Assembly (NCBI GenBank): GCA_965208905.1
Contig: OZ242365.1
Span: 1,216,001-1,280,000 of the forward strand
Origin: Nitrosopumilaceae archaeon
GTDB lineage: Archaea > Thermoproteota > Nitrososphaeria > Nitrososphaerales > Nitrosopumilaceae
DNA length: 64,000 bases
Direction of reading: 5' to 3'
In this document: piece after piece, positions 1 to 10,309 of the stretch
How the letters are laid out: each line of letters starts with the position of its first letter
How positions within the stretch are numbered: position 1 is the first letter of the stretch
Notes under the pieces: model-generated
The model's database searches: none
Seen by the model: only the letters and a program-made list of their open reading frames with translations
What the model was told of the DNA's origin: nothing
Position numbers and translations under genes: made by a program

Positions 1-837
1 TTCTATGGCTTTATTCAGTATGTTTTGTATTCTAGTATCTTTGGATGCCATCTGGCGTATTATGCCAATCTTTGGATTCTCTGTTGCATTGTACTGCTCT
101 GATAATGATACTGGTGTGGAGTTTGCAGTGGTGTTGTCATTTACATCTGGTCCGGACACTATACTCATACATAGTTGAATGTCTGATATACTTCTGGCCA
201 TGGGTCCTATCTGTTCTATGCTATTCGCGTACGATATCAAGCCATATCGGCTTATCATACCATATGTGGGTTTGAAGCCTACTACTCCGCAGAAGCTGGC
301 CGGGTTTCTCACAGACCCACCTGTATCTGAACCTAAAGATATGGCTGATGTATGCGTGGCCACTGAGACGGCACTTCCTCCCGATGAACCACCAGGTACA
401 ACCTCTGTATTATGTGGGTTGAGAGTGGGCCCATACGCACTAAATTCAGTACTTAACCCCATGGCAAATTCGTCCATGTTGGTCTTGCCGATTATTATTG
501 CATCCTCGTCTAGTATCCGTCTTATTACGGTGGCATCATACGGTGGCATATATCCATCTAGCATATGTGATGCGCACGTTGTGGGATACTGCTTTGTACA
601 TATGTTGTCTTTGATGGATATGGGTATGCCTGCTAGACGGCCCACCTTCTCTCCTCTTTGTATACGATGATCTATCTCTTTAGCCTGCTGTATGGCATTA
701 CTGTTCATATGTAGGAATGCATGCAGATGTGATGTATCTTCTATCTGTTTTAAGGTCTGTCCAATTATATATTCGGCAGTTGTTTCACCGCTTGATATCA
801 TGCGTACCAACTCAGTGGCCGTCTGCGCAGGTATCAA
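1..837 (-). CDS. gatA: Asp-tRNA(Asn)/Glu-tRNA(Gln) amidotransferase subunit A (runs off window start)
   Basis: Manual translation from TTG at 837: IKDNI, GKTNMDEFAMG, PGGSSGGSA, LGSDTGGSVRNPASFCG (amidase signature); directly follows gatC. Confidence 0.95.
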   Translation of the reverse strand, partial: MIPAQTATELVRMISSGETTAEYIIGQTLKQIEDTSHLHAFLHMNSNAIQQAKEIDHRIQRGEKVGRLAGIPISIKDNICTKQYPTTCASHMLDGYMPPYDATVIRRILDEDAIIIGKTNMDEFAMGLSTEFSAYGPTLNPHNTEVVPGGSSGGSAVSVATHTSAISLGSDTGGSVRNPASFCGVVGFKPTYGMISRYGLISYANSIEQIGPMARSISDIQLCMSIVSGPDVNDNTTANSTPVSLSEQYNATENPKIGIIRQMASKDTRIQNILNKAIE

Positions 838-1098
838 CTAGCTCAACCTGGGAACTCGTAGGTGCCCCCGTTTATCTTGAGATTTACACTGTATTGTATC
901 ATGTGGTATATGCTTATCTGCCCTTAACTGGGATATGTTGATGTGTTGTACTAGTATGGCCTCGTCTTGTACCCCTGCTGAATCTAATACATCAAAGTAT
1001 TCTAACATACGCTGGACTTTCTTTGTATAGTCGTCTTTATCCTCTATGTCTAATCGCATCATGGAGGCTACTTGCTTTATATCGTCTTCTGTTATCAT
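838..1098 (-). CDS. gatC: Amidotransferase subunit C
   Basis: 86 aa, MITEDDIKQVASMMRL...LRAD...LRVPR GatC pattern; between aspS and gatA. Confidence 0.9.
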   Translation of the reverse strand: MITEDDIKQVASMMRLDIEDKDDYTKKVQRMLEYFDVLDSAGVQDEAILVQHINISQLRADKHIPHDTIQCKSQDKRGHLRVPRLS

Positions 1099-1107
1099 AG
1101 TGTATCA

Positions 1108-2412
1108 TCACGGTCCTAATCGGTCCACATCCCGGGGATAAAACACGGCATCTCGAATGTTTTCAGTACCTGTTAAGGCCATCATCAGTCTTTCTAGGCC
1201 TATACCACAGCCTGCATGAGGAGGCATTCCATACTCAAAGGCGCTCAGGTGATGCTTAAAGGAGGCGACCTTCATACCCTTCTTTTTCAAATTTGACTCT
1301 AGAATGTTTTTGTCTTGTACCCTTGTACTACCAGATGATAACTCTAAATCATTATACATTAAATCAAATGACTCGGATATCTTGGGGTTTTTTGCACTCG
1401 TCTTTACGTAGAACGGCTTTGGTCCCATGGGCCAATCCTTGATAAAGTACAATCCCTCTAGTTTTATCTTGCGCAACCAAGATGGGTGCAGATCATCCCC
1501 CCACTCCATATTGGAACCGGCATCTTGTATTCTCTCTGACAGCTCCTGATAGGTATATTGAGGTATTTTGTCTGTATTGGGCGGTTCAAACTTGACACCA
1601 TCATTTTGTTTTACGTACTGCCGTACCGCATCTGCAGCAACCCTTACTACTTCGGCAACTTGACTCATTATATCGTTGTAGTCCACAAACGCCTCTTCCA
1701 TGTCTATGGATATGGCCTCGGCTAGGTGCCGGTTGGTTCTAGATGGCTCGGCCCTAAATATGGATGCTATCTCAAACACCTTCTCAAATGACATTGTAAG
1801 CTGTTCCTTGTATAATTGAGGACTCTGGGCTAGAAAAGCCTCCTTGTCGTAGTAGAATATGGAGAAAAGCGATGCTCCACCTTCAGTGGCCGACGCAATT
1901 ATCTTTGGTGTACTTATCTCTGTAAAATCATTCCCCAAAAAGTAGTTGCGAATTGCTGACAGTACAACACTTCGTGCTCGAAATATGTGCTGAAGTGGTT
2001 CCCGTCTTAAATCAATACATCTGGACTCTAGACGCGTATCTATATTTTTAATTGAGATGGCTGCTGGCTCAAAGGGCGGTATCTTTGTTACTGCAGAGAA
2101 TACATGTACATTATGTGGTATGATCTCTATGCCCCCCGGGGCACGTTCAGATTTGGCCACCTTTCCGGATACGGCAACAGATGAATGATATTTTAGTGTC
2201 GATAATGTATTGCGAACCGAATCTGTACATACTTTTCGTTTTGCCACTACCTGTATTGGCCCATGTCGGTCCTGAATTGTGACAAATGTGATACTCCCAT
2301 GAATCCGCACGGCGATGATCCATCCCATAACTGTTACATCCTGGCCTTCCAGTGAAGGATTTAGGATTGATGACAGATGTGTTCTTCGTACGGTACCTAG
2401 CTCATCTACCAT
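1108..2412 (-). CDS. aspS: Aspartyl-tRNA synthetase (archaeal, likely non-discriminating)
   Basis: OB fold, LAQSPQLYK, FRAE motif 2, GMPPHAGCGIGLERL motif 3; operon with gatCA. Confidence 0.95.
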   Translation of the reverse strand: MVDELGTVRRTHLSSILNPSLEGQDVTVMGWIIAVRIHGSITFVTIQDRHGPIQVVAKRKVCTDSVRNTLSTLKYHSSVAVSGKVAKSERAPGGIEIIPHNVHVFSAVTKIPPFEPAAISIKNIDTRLESRCIDLRREPLQHIFRARSVVLSAIRNYFLGNDFTEISTPKIIASATEGGASLFSIFYYDKEAFLAQSPQLYKEQLTMSFEKVFEIASIFRAEPSRTNRHLAEAISIDMEEAFVDYNDIMSQVAEVVRVAADAVRQYVKQNDGVKFEPPNTDKIPQYTYQELSERIQDAGSNMEWGDDLHPSWLRKIKLEGLYFIKDWPMGPKPFYVKTSAKNPKISESFDLMYNDLELSSGSTRVQDKNILESNLKKKGMKVASFKHHLSAFEYGMPPHAGCGIGLERLMMALTGTENIRDAVFYPRDVDRLGP

Positions 2413-2456
2413 ATTTTTACTCTGTTGTGAACTGTATTAATTTCATTGCGTTGTTA

Positions 2457-2503
2457 GGAACTGTAGCATCTAACGCACCATGTACCTAAGATGTTACAGT
2501 GCC
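2457..2503. repeat. 47-bp inverted repeat resembling two IS6-type ends (minimal MITE or scar)
   Basis: GGAACTGTAGCATCT ... AGATGTTACAGTGCC, 13/15 complementary; related motifs at 41283, 48772, 54853. Confidence 0.4.
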
Positions 2504-2589
2504 CTTGATGCTAGCAGTAAAGATGATGCCCAGACACATACGACCTATCTGGTGTTCTGTACTGACATGAAACAGATTTTAGCATAATT

Positions 2590-2883
2590 TTAGATGTGTG
2601 AAAGCTGCAACAGGACGGTATTACTATGAACTATCTCGGCACCTGATATGTAGTGGGTCCCATCAAAGACATACTGCATATGCGCAGCTAGTTTTTCAGC
2701 TTCTATAGTGTCGTGTAACACTATGCTGTGCGCCGAGCCATCTTTAAGGGATACAATCATCTCATTACGTATTATATTTAGAACAGATATGATGTACGTG
2801 TTTCCTTTTACTAACACCATGCTGCAGAGTTTCTGCGCCTCGTATTTATCGGCGCATCTTATTTTTATATTCGGTTTCATCAA
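2590..2883 (-). CDS. Hypothetical protein
   Basis: 97 aa ORF overlapping the trpS 3' end, same strand. Confidence 0.65.
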   Translation of the reverse strand: MMKPNIKIRCADKYEAQKLCSMVLVKGNTYIISVLNIIRNEMIVSLKDGSAHSIVLHDTIEAEKLAAHMQYVFDGTHYISGAEIVHSNTVLLQLSHI

Positions 2884-3976
2884 ACATAAACTCCTTTATA
2901 TTAACAGACTCGCGTCGATTTTGATGTCTCTCCATATATGTGACCATCGCTTCAATCAGTATCTGTTTTAACTCCCCACTCAACATGGAACCGGATTCGT
3001 ACTCTTCTTTAATCTGATTGATTTTAGAGTCGTTCGGCTCAAAGAACATCCATAGATATAAAAATGATACATCAGACTGCGTATCTCCGCCTAATTGGCG
3101 ATGCTTGGCTACACTCTCCTGTCCTCCTGAGTATGCATATTTGTTTATCTTTTGACGTATCTGTTTGGCCGTATCGGTGGTGTATACTGCCGAGTTTTCA
3201 GAAGATGCAGACATCTTACTACTGGAACCTGTTAGGGAAGGGATCATAATATTGTGAATGAGGGCCGGCTTTGGATATCTCAGGACAGGTGCTATATCCC
3301 GGGTCAACCTAAAGTGGGGGTCTTGGTCAACACCCAGAGGTATCAGGACAGGCCTCTTCTCTAAAAAACAAGGCGCCGATTGCAAGGCTGTGTAAAATAT
3401 CATGCCTATATTAGTATCATTTCCAAAACCAAATGATGCCTTTGTGTTGGAGTAGTTTATCTTCTTTGCAGCCTGCGCAGCCAATGGATATAATGTATTG
3501 ATGTGTTGTGAATTAATCAATATGTGAGTCTTGTCAGGATCAAATCCCAAAGCGGCAAAGTCGCGAGCATTCTGCAGAGCCAAATTGTATGTGTCGTCCA
3601 GAGATAACTTTGAATCCCTGTAAAATTTTTCATCATCGGTGAGCTGAAAGTACATAGTAGCACCAAAACGGCTCTGTAGCCACTGCGCAAACATCCATGG
3701 TATCAGATGTCCTATGTGTGTGTTGCCTGAGGGACCTCGCCCCGTATACAAAAAGAAACCAGGACCATTCTGGTACGAGTGTAGTATGACATCCAGATCC
3801 CTGTGGGAAAAAAATATCTTCCGCCGTAACAGAAAATGGTCTTCACCTGCAGCATCTGCCACCTGACGCCTTATGTCATCTGATATTACGTTTAGTCCAA
3901 ATCTCTCAACCAATCTGGTATAGTCTATGTCCCCTTTGGACTCCCATGGTGTCAATATAAAATCACTACTGTTCAT
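2846..3976 (-). CDS. trpS: Tryptophanyl-tRNA synthetase
   Basis: YTGRGPS..HIGH, GVDQDPHFRLTRD, KMSAS. Confidence 0.97.
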   Translation of the reverse strand: MNSSDFILTPWESKGDIDYTRLVERFGLNVISDDIRRQVADAAGEDHFLLRRKIFFSHRDLDVILHSYQNGPGFFLYTGRGPSGNTHIGHLIPWMFAQWLQSRFGATMYFQLTDDEKFYRDSKLSLDDTYNLALQNARDFAALGFDPDKTHILINSQHINTLYPLAAQAAKKINYSNTKASFGFGNDTNIGMIFYTALQSAPCFLEKRPVLIPLGVDQDPHFRLTRDIAPVLRYPKPALIHNIMIPSLTGSSSKMSASSENSAVYTTDTAKQIRQKINKYAYSGGQESVAKHRQLGGDTQSDVSFLYLWMFFEPNDSKINQIKEEYESGSMLSGELKQILIEAMVTYMERHQNRRESVNIKEFMFDETEYKNKMRR

Positions 3977-4029
3977 ATGACAGCATTTTTTTTGATAAGC
4001 TTTAAAAAAGTATTTGAGCCTTGCGCATT

Positions 4030-5409
4030 ATGGACATGGTGTATCACCCACTGGAGGATGCCCTAATTCTACACATGAAGTTAAACGTAGAGTATACAGT
4101 ATCGGACATGGCTAAAAATTCCAATATTGAGATAGATCAGGCAAGACGTGCTACTGAGTGGTTACTGCAAAAAGGGGACATACGGCAGAGCAAACCCCCT
4201 CAGAGAATACTCTATCTGGGTCCCGAGGGTAAAAAAGCTAAAGAGAGTGGACTTGCCGAACAACGCCTATTAAGATACATGCTAGACGGTATACCAACTG
4301 ATACCATACGAGACAGACTAAAAACAGATTGGGGTCCTGCCATTGGCATATGTCGTAAAAATGGATGGATACGCATGGATAAGGGACAACCAGTTATAAC
4401 CTCGTATCCTGACGCAATACCCGATGATGTAATGCTGCAGCTAGACTGGGAGAATGGTGTGGCCGCCGACAGGGTCAACAAATCATTCTCAAAGAGACCA
4501 GGCTTTGTTATATCAAAGATGTCGCCGGCTCAATATGTTTTACCATCCGAGGAGACGCTAAAACAGGCCATACAGAGACAGAACCAAGTTATTCCCAAGG
4601 GCATCAATGTGGAGGCTGATACTGCGGTGTCGTATGCGGCTAGAACACATCCACTCCACGATATAATATCTGAGATACGTGAAATATTCGTCACATTGGG
4701 CTTTGAGGAGATTCATGGACGTATTGTACAGCCCAGTTTTTGGAATTTCGATGCTTTGTTTACGCCTCAGGATCACCCTGCCCGGGAGATGCAGGATACA
4801 TTTTATGTAGAGAATGTACGTGTGGATACAAACGCCATAAATGTAGAGGATGTGGCTAAAATACACAACGAATGTTGGAGGTATGCATGGGATTACAATC
4901 GAGCTACTGCGCCTGTCCTGCGCACACATAATACCTGCGTTACGATACAACATCTGGCACTGACCAATCCCAAGGATGCCCGTATGTTCTCCTTGGGCAG
5001 GGTGTTTCGTAATGAAAAACCAAGTTACAAACACTTAGTGGAGTTTCATCAAGTGGAAGGGGTGGTGGTCGGTCAGACTGTATCTCTAAGAGATTTGATG
5101 GGTATACAGCGTGAGTTTTATCGCCGAATTGGCTTGAAAAAGGTGAAATTTTGGCCTACCTTCTTTCCATATACGGAACCCTCACTACAGTCCATGGTGT
5201 ATAATGAGACGTTGGAAAAGTGGGTGGAGCTGTTTGGTATGGGAATATTTCGTCCCGAAGTTACAAGACCACTGGGGATAACAAGACCTGTTCTGGCTTG
5301 GGGTGGCGGTATTGAGAGAATAGCCATGATGCGATATGAGATGGATGATGTTCGTGAATTTTATAGAAATGGACTGGACTGGTTGCGAGGTGTTCCAATA
5401 CGCCGGTAG
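4030..5409 (+). CDS. pheS: Phenylalanyl-tRNA synthetase alpha subunit
   Basis: WNFDALFTPQDHPAREMQDTFY, GRVFRNE, FFPYTEPS, GGGIERIAM; ATG 4030 about 25 bp after TTTAAAAA. Confidence 0.97.
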   Translation: MDMVYHPLEDALILHMKLNVEYTVSDMAKNSNIEIDQARRATEWLLQKGDIRQSKPPQRILYLGPEGKKAKESGLAEQRLLRYMLDGIPTDTIRDRLKTDWGPAIGICRKNGWIRMDKGQPVITSYPDAIPDDVMLQLDWENGVAADRVNKSFSKRPGFVISKMSPAQYVLPSEETLKQAIQRQNQVIPKGINVEADTAVSYAARTHPLHDIISEIREIFVTLGFEEIHGRIVQPSFWNFDALFTPQDHPAREMQDTFYVENVRVDTNAINVEDVAKIHNECWRYAWDYNRATAPVLRTHNTCVTIQHLALTNPKDARMFSLGRVFRNEKPSYKHLVEFHQVEGVVVGQTVSLRDLMGIQREFYRRIGLKKVKFWPTFFPYTEPSLQSMVYNETLEKWVELFGMGIFRPEVTRPLGITRPVLAWGGGIERIAMMRYEMDDVREFYRNGLDWLRGVPIRR

Positions 5410-7037
5410 TTACACTATCGTACCAACGACTATCTGCACTGGTGGGGACATCTGTTGATACCATACAAGACAGGTTGCCTTTTCTAGGTTTAGATATCGA
5501 GCATCAGAATGGGGATGACGTAAGTGTAGAGTATAGTCCAAATAGGTTTGACTACTCTACTGAATTTGGGATCGCGCTGGGACTACAAGGCATGCTAAAT
5601 ATACAGACCGGCATGGTCAAGATGCAGATAAATCCTGCCAGATGTAGTTTGAGAGTGGACAATAGTGTATCAAATGTACGTCCTAGCATAACAGGGATAT
5701 TGGCTAAAGGTCGTACATTAGACGATCATACTATACGTCAAATAATATACATGCAGGAGGACTTGCATCAGGGTCCGGGTCGAAGACGCAAAAGAGTGGC
5801 TATAGGCATACATGATGCAGACAAGATAAAATTTCCCATTACATATACTACTATAAATAGGGACTTTGAGTTTGCGCCACTAGGTAGTACCGATGCCATG
5901 CCCGTACACCGTATATTAAGTGATACAGAGCAAGGTGTGCAGTATGGTCACATGGTTCAAAATCATGATAGATTGCCAATAATATTGGACAAAGATGGAG
6001 TGACAGCCTCCATGCCTCCGATAATAAATTCCAGCTATACTGAGGTGACTGAATCTACCAAGAATCTCTTTGTTGATGTAACCGGGATGAACCAGCCAGA
6101 TGTGGAGGGTGTGTTGGCCATAATTGCCGTAACACTACAAACAGCGGGATATGCCTTGGAACATGTGGATATAAGTGGAGGTACAAATAGAACGCCTCCA
6201 CTGACTCATCGCAAGATAACCTTCGATCATATGGTCTCAAACCGTATACTTGGACTAGATCTGGATATTGATCAAACTGCCCAATGTATAAAGCGGGCCC
6301 GATTGGGTGCAGTTATAGACTATAATAAAATCATATGCATAATCCCTCCATACAGGACAGACATATTTGGTATCATGGATATTGTCGAGGAGGTTGCCTT
6401 GGGATACGGCATAGATAAAATAACACCCACACTTCCAGATGTGGGTACAGCGGGAAGCACAAACATTACCACGACTTTGGAGCGTGTAATGATCGGCCTT
6501 GGATATACTCAAGTAATGAACTCGTGTTTGAGTAGTGTGGCCATACTGTCACAGGGGGGCTCCGCACCCAAGATATCCGTTGCCAACCCTAAAAGCCAGT
6601 CACACACTGTGTTGCGGGGGGCCTTGATGCCCGGTCTGCTGGAGAACTTATCACATAACATACATGAGTCTTATCCACATAGATTGTACGAATATGGTGT
6701 GATCTTTGATATGGAGGGTGGTACTATAGCAGAACGTATGCATCTAGCTTGTGTGACGGCGCACAAAAACTCCACATATTCGGAAGCAAAATCCATACTG
6801 TCTGCAATATTACATCATAATATGGAAATTAATTTAACAACACTCCCTTACAATATGTCCCCATACGAGGCAGGCCGGGCCGCCCGCATACTAAATGATA
6901 ACCAACAGCATATGGGCTACATCGGTGAAATATCCAAAGAGTGCCGGCAGGCATTCAAAATTAGAGATGATATTGTAGTATCGGGTTGGGAAGTCGAATT
7001 AATATTTGATGATAAAGACGGTTTAGTAGCCTCATAG
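5400..7037 (+). CDS. pheT: Phenylalanyl-tRNA synthetase beta subunit
   Basis: EYSPNRFD, QEDLH, PPIINS, PPYRTDI..MDIVEEVALGYG; frame extends upstream of GTG 5442 to ACG-P-V-V-T-L-S-Y at 5400. Confidence 0.93.
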   Translation, partial: TPVVTLSYQRLSALVGTSVDTIQDRLPFLGLDIEHQNGDDVSVEYSPNRFDYSTEFGIALGLQGMLNIQTGMVKMQINPARCSLRVDNSVSNVRPSITGILAKGRTLDDHTIRQIIYMQEDLHQGPGRRRKRVAIGIHDADKIKFPITYTTINRDFEFAPLGSTDAMPVHRILSDTEQGVQYGHMVQNHDRLPIILDKDGVTASMPPIINSSYTEVTESTKNLFVDVTGMNQPDVEGVLAIIAVTLQTAGYALEHVDISGGTNRTPPLTHRKITFDHMVSNRILGLDLDIDQTAQCIKRARLGAVIDYNKIICIIPPYRTDIFGIMDIVEEVALGYGIDKITPTLPDVGTAGSTNITTTLERVMIGLGYTQVMNSCLSSVAILSQGGSAPKISVANPKSQSHTVLRGALMPGLLENLSHNIHESYPHRLYEYGVIFDMEGGTIAERMHLACVTAHKNSTYSEAKSILSAILHHNMEINLTTLPYNMSPYEAGRAARILNDNQQHMGYIGEISKECRQAFKIRDDIVVSGWEVELIFDDKDGLVAS

Positions 7038-7041
7038 AGCA

Positions 7042-7193
7042 GGCACGTAGACGGATCGTGATGAGATATGCCGCATGGTTTGCTGTGAGTCATAGGTTCA
7101 CCCAGACGTGCTACACTGAGGCTCCCCGGTTACAGAATCCATGGAGGGCGTGGCTAGTACCTGTGAATTTGGACGAGTCAGAGCCGGGGGACA
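7042..7193 (+). ncRNA. Putative two-hairpin box H/ACA guide RNA
   Basis: Stem GGCACGT/ACGTGCT followed by ACA (7113-7115); stem TCCCCGGTT/AGCCGGGGG followed by ACA (7191-7193); each has an internal pocket, upper stem and apical K-turn-like TGATGA/TGTGA or TGGA/TGTGA. Confidence 0.65.
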
Positions 7194-7439
7194 ATATTTG
7201 TGATTGGCACAAATAGACAATTAAATTTCATACTGTAACATATGATCAAATATTATACTATTCAATAATTTTTAGACATTAAATATGAATTTGGCTATAC
7301 TCCAAACACAAATCTCAAAAATAGCCATATATCCGTGTAAAATAACACCCAAAATTGTTAATAGGACGATCTTTTTTTTGATTAATTAATTACATCAATC
7401 TTACCTAGTATAATGATGTTCATATAATTTCATAATGTG

Positions 7440-7830
7440 TATCACCACAGTAGTGATCACGCAGTGTCGTATATAGACGCCATGTCGATATACTCAAACC
7501 CTAGGTTGTCCCAAAACCTACCGCCACATTCTATATACTTGTGCTGCTGCTTTTTCCACGACTTGTCCGTGTGCCAACCTTCACAAACATTTTTTTGTTG
7601 TGACACTTCTACCTTGTCCCACTGATGGTCTGCCCCTCTACATCATCCTACAGCTAGATTTTCTCTTGAGCATTATTGGTTGTCCCATTACAACAATTCA
7701 TTTGCACCGATGTGGTATGTACACTCGCATATGGGCTTATTACAAATAACACTATGTACTATCTACTCTCAGAATATATGTTCCACCGGTCACTATCCAC
7801 GCTTTTTGTTTATGTGTGCCTGTTATGAAT
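7440..7830 (-). pseudogene. Degraded IS6-like transposase N-terminal fragment
   Basis: Fragment KQQHKYIECGGRFWDNLGFEY resembles KQQYGCKTCGKRFIQNLGFE of the intact transposase at 41326-42627; stops and frameshifts. Confidence 0.5.
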
Positions 7831-8093
7831 TTCTATATCTTATATCTACTATAAATATTACTAATATTTAAGATCATTAATCCAATTTTATTGACCAACA
7901 CTAAACTTTGGAGATGTTCATTTTTTTGACTCTGTATTTTTCCCACATTCTGTATTTTAGAAACCAAGAACAAACCTCTGCATCTGAGTTATGATACACT
8001 ATATAATTAGTAGTTTAAAGTGTTATACTACATTATGATCTATATTTATGGAAAAATACTGAACTTTATAACCGCTTGTTGCATATTGAATTT

Positions 8094-8516
8094 ATGAAGA
8101 TAGATCAGCCCATGGATCCAGACTATGATGCCGTCAGTGTGGGATTTGTAGGGTTTGCAGATCCATACGCGATGGAGGGTATTAGTATTCTAGAGACCGG
8201 TGATGGCCGTGAATTTCATATGAGGGCATTCTCTGGCGAGGTGGCTAAATTCATGTCCATGTATGTTGCAGGGATGCAGACGCCAGTACCATCTGTATAT
8301 AACATGATAAATGACATATGCGAGATGAATGATTTGACACTGGTCAAAGTAAAGATATATGAGTCTGGTCAAGCATTACGTGCTAATCTATACTTTAAAG
8401 GTCGTACCGAGATGGTACTGCGCAACTATAGGGCATCTGATGCACTAGCTTTGGCAACATATTTGGGCGTGCCTATTTTGGTACGTACCACACTACTAAA
8501 GAAGATGGACTCCTAG
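8094..8516 (+). CDS. Bifunctional nuclease (DUF151) family protein
   Basis: LVKVKIY...RASDALALATYLGVPILV. Confidence 0.8.
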   Translation: MKIDQPMDPDYDAVSVGFVGFADPYAMEGISILETGDGREFHMRAFSGEVAKFMSMYVAGMQTPVPSVYNMINDICEMNDLTLVKVKIYESGQALRANLYFKGRTEMVLRNYRASDALALATYLGVPILVRTTLLKKMDS

Positions 8517-8520
8517 AAAG

Positions 8521-9612
8521 TTATGTGATTATATCTGCCAACCTGTCTTGCTCTATAGCCCAACGCATCTCCATTGCTATGCGCCGGCCAACACCAAACG
8601 TTTCACCATACTGGTACTTGGTGTATGGTGTAGTTGTAGCCAGTATGGGATTTCCAGGAACACGTAGTGATACGTCGTATACGACCATCTCCAAATTCTT
8701 GGTGATTACACTTTGTAATGAAAATGGACCTATTATGCCAGGGGCATGATCTCTTTTTGATGCCTCTACAAATCTATCCCCCATATCAAATATGGCGTTT
8801 AGTAGCGACTCTCGTGCACTTGCTGGCGTGTGACCCACCTCTATATTCTGCAACTCCACATCTATCTGGGCCTGTTGGGCGGCAGGTAACGCATTAAAGT
8901 CCATAATGTTGGTCTGGAGCCTCCTCTCAATACCCATAAAGTCTACTCTGTCTTTGATGGGTGATGCAAAATAATTAAAGTTCATGTAGGTGCCTATGGC
9001 CAGTTCCTCTATACTGGCAAGCTCAAGTCCAGCATGATCAATTATGTCGGCATCTATCATTCGCTGAGATTTTTTCGTGTAATCTGAGGGCGATGATACA
9101 ATAAAGAATGCACGCTCTAATTTTCTGGATTTTTCTTGTACCTTTACTATACATGGACCATCGATATCTTGAGGCTTTTCATATATTCGAGGCAGTCGAA
9201 GGCCTGCTGATTTTAACATAAAGTACTGCCCTCGTTTTTCACTTCTCTCCTCGGCACGAAACAGCCGCCGATTTCCAAATATGGGTAGGGCAAAGTCGTT
9301 TTCTAGAGTATCATATCCTAGGTATACTGCCAAGGACCTGTGGGGAACTACAATATTCTGTTCTGTTCTTATGTGGTGCTGGTGTTCTTTACTGGCCATA
9401 TCTGCGAACCTGTCTAGTATCACAACATTGTCCACAACACGAGAAAATCGTTGATACGGCACATGACGACCTCTTTGACAGTACACTGTAGTGCGAAACC
9501 CTTCGTCTTTGGCACCATCCATTATCTCCAATGCCGAGTGACTACCCAATACTGCAATACCAGGATCTTTGTATTCCGCAACCACATCTGCCATCTCTGA
9601 ACGACTTATCAT
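8521..9612 (-). CDS. purP: Formate-dependent AICAR formyltransferase (ATP-grasp)
   Basis: LGSHSALEI.DGAKDEGF, VGHTPASARESLL, GPFSLQ, GRRIAME. Confidence 0.92.
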   Translation of the reverse strand: MISRSEMADVVAEYKDPGIAVLGSHSALEIMDGAKDEGFRTTVYCQRGRHVPYQRFSRVVDNVVILDRFADMASKEHQHHIRTEQNIVVPHRSLAVYLGYDTLENDFALPIFGNRRLFRAEERSEKRGQYFMLKSAGLRLPRIYEKPQDIDGPCIVKVQEKSRKLERAFFIVSSPSDYTKKSQRMIDADIIDHAGLELASIEELAIGTYMNFNYFASPIKDRVDFMGIERRLQTNIMDFNALPAAQQAQIDVELQNIEVGHTPASARESLLNAIFDMGDRFVEASKRDHAPGIIGPFSLQSVITKNLEMVVYDVSLRVPGNPILATTTPYTKYQYGETFGVGRRIAMEMRWAIEQDRLADIIT

Positions 9613-9695
9613 ACTGATACGGCATGGATGTTATGGTACATATTGATGTATTGTTTGCCGTACACTTTATACTGTGAATGTGAATATAATGTCAT

Positions 9696-9953
9696 ATGAT
9701 AGTAGAGAAGAGACTATTGATTGCAGGTGTGGCTTTGTTGGTGTCTGGCTTTGTTCTGTCTGCTGTAATTGCGCTTAATGCACCAGTAGGTCAGACTGGT
9801 ATGACTGAAGATGAAGTGTTGGATTTGATGGAGATGCAACAACAGAACGATGACATGGGTATATTGGCTGGTATACTGGTGGGAGTGGGTTTTCTACTGG
9901 CGCTAATAAGCTTTGGAGCCAGGCGACGATCTGGTGGAAAGAACACAATGTAG
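9696..9953 (+). CDS. Small two-TM membrane protein
   Basis: Two hydrophobic helices; TTTATA about 25 bp upstream. Confidence 0.75.
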   Translation: MIVEKRLLIAGVALLVSGFVLSAVIALNAPVGQTGMTEDEVLDLMEMQQQNDDMGILAGILVGVGFLLALISFGARRRSGGKNTM

Positions 9954-9985
9954 TTTTTATTTGATTGTACACAAATAATACCGAC

Positions 9986-10309
9986 ATGATGGCAGAAATT
10001 AGTATTACGCCCATTGGTACGAGTCAGACCAGCGTTTCGTTTTATATCGCCCGGGCATTAGAGGCCATATCTGATATGAAAGACATAAGATTCCAGCTGA
10101 ACTCCATGGGAACCATAATGGAGTCCGAAGACGCAGAGAATATATTTTTGGCGACCCAAATAATGATGGATACTATACACAATTTGGGCGTTAATCGTCA
10201 AAGTGTAATTCTCAAGATTGACTCTCGACGTGACAAATCTGCATCCATGTCTGAAAAAATCAAGTCAGTTCAGCAATACATGTCAGAGAGTCCTAACTTT
10301 TTGGAATAA
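9986..10309 (+). CDS. MTH1187/thiamine-binding family protein
   Basis: AEISITPIGT...SVSFYIA...NSMGTIME...LKIDSRRDK. Confidence 0.85.
   Translation: MMAEISITPIGTSQTSVSFYIARALEAISDMKDIRFQLNSMGTIMESEDAENIFLATQIMMDTIHNLGVNRQSVILKIDSRRDKSASMSEKIKSVQQYMSESPNFLE

Noticed and set aside
179-670. 163 aa plus-strand ORF and similar antisense ORFs (e.g. 17338, 32233, 45627)
   Set aside because: Shadows of recognisable genes on the opposite strand.
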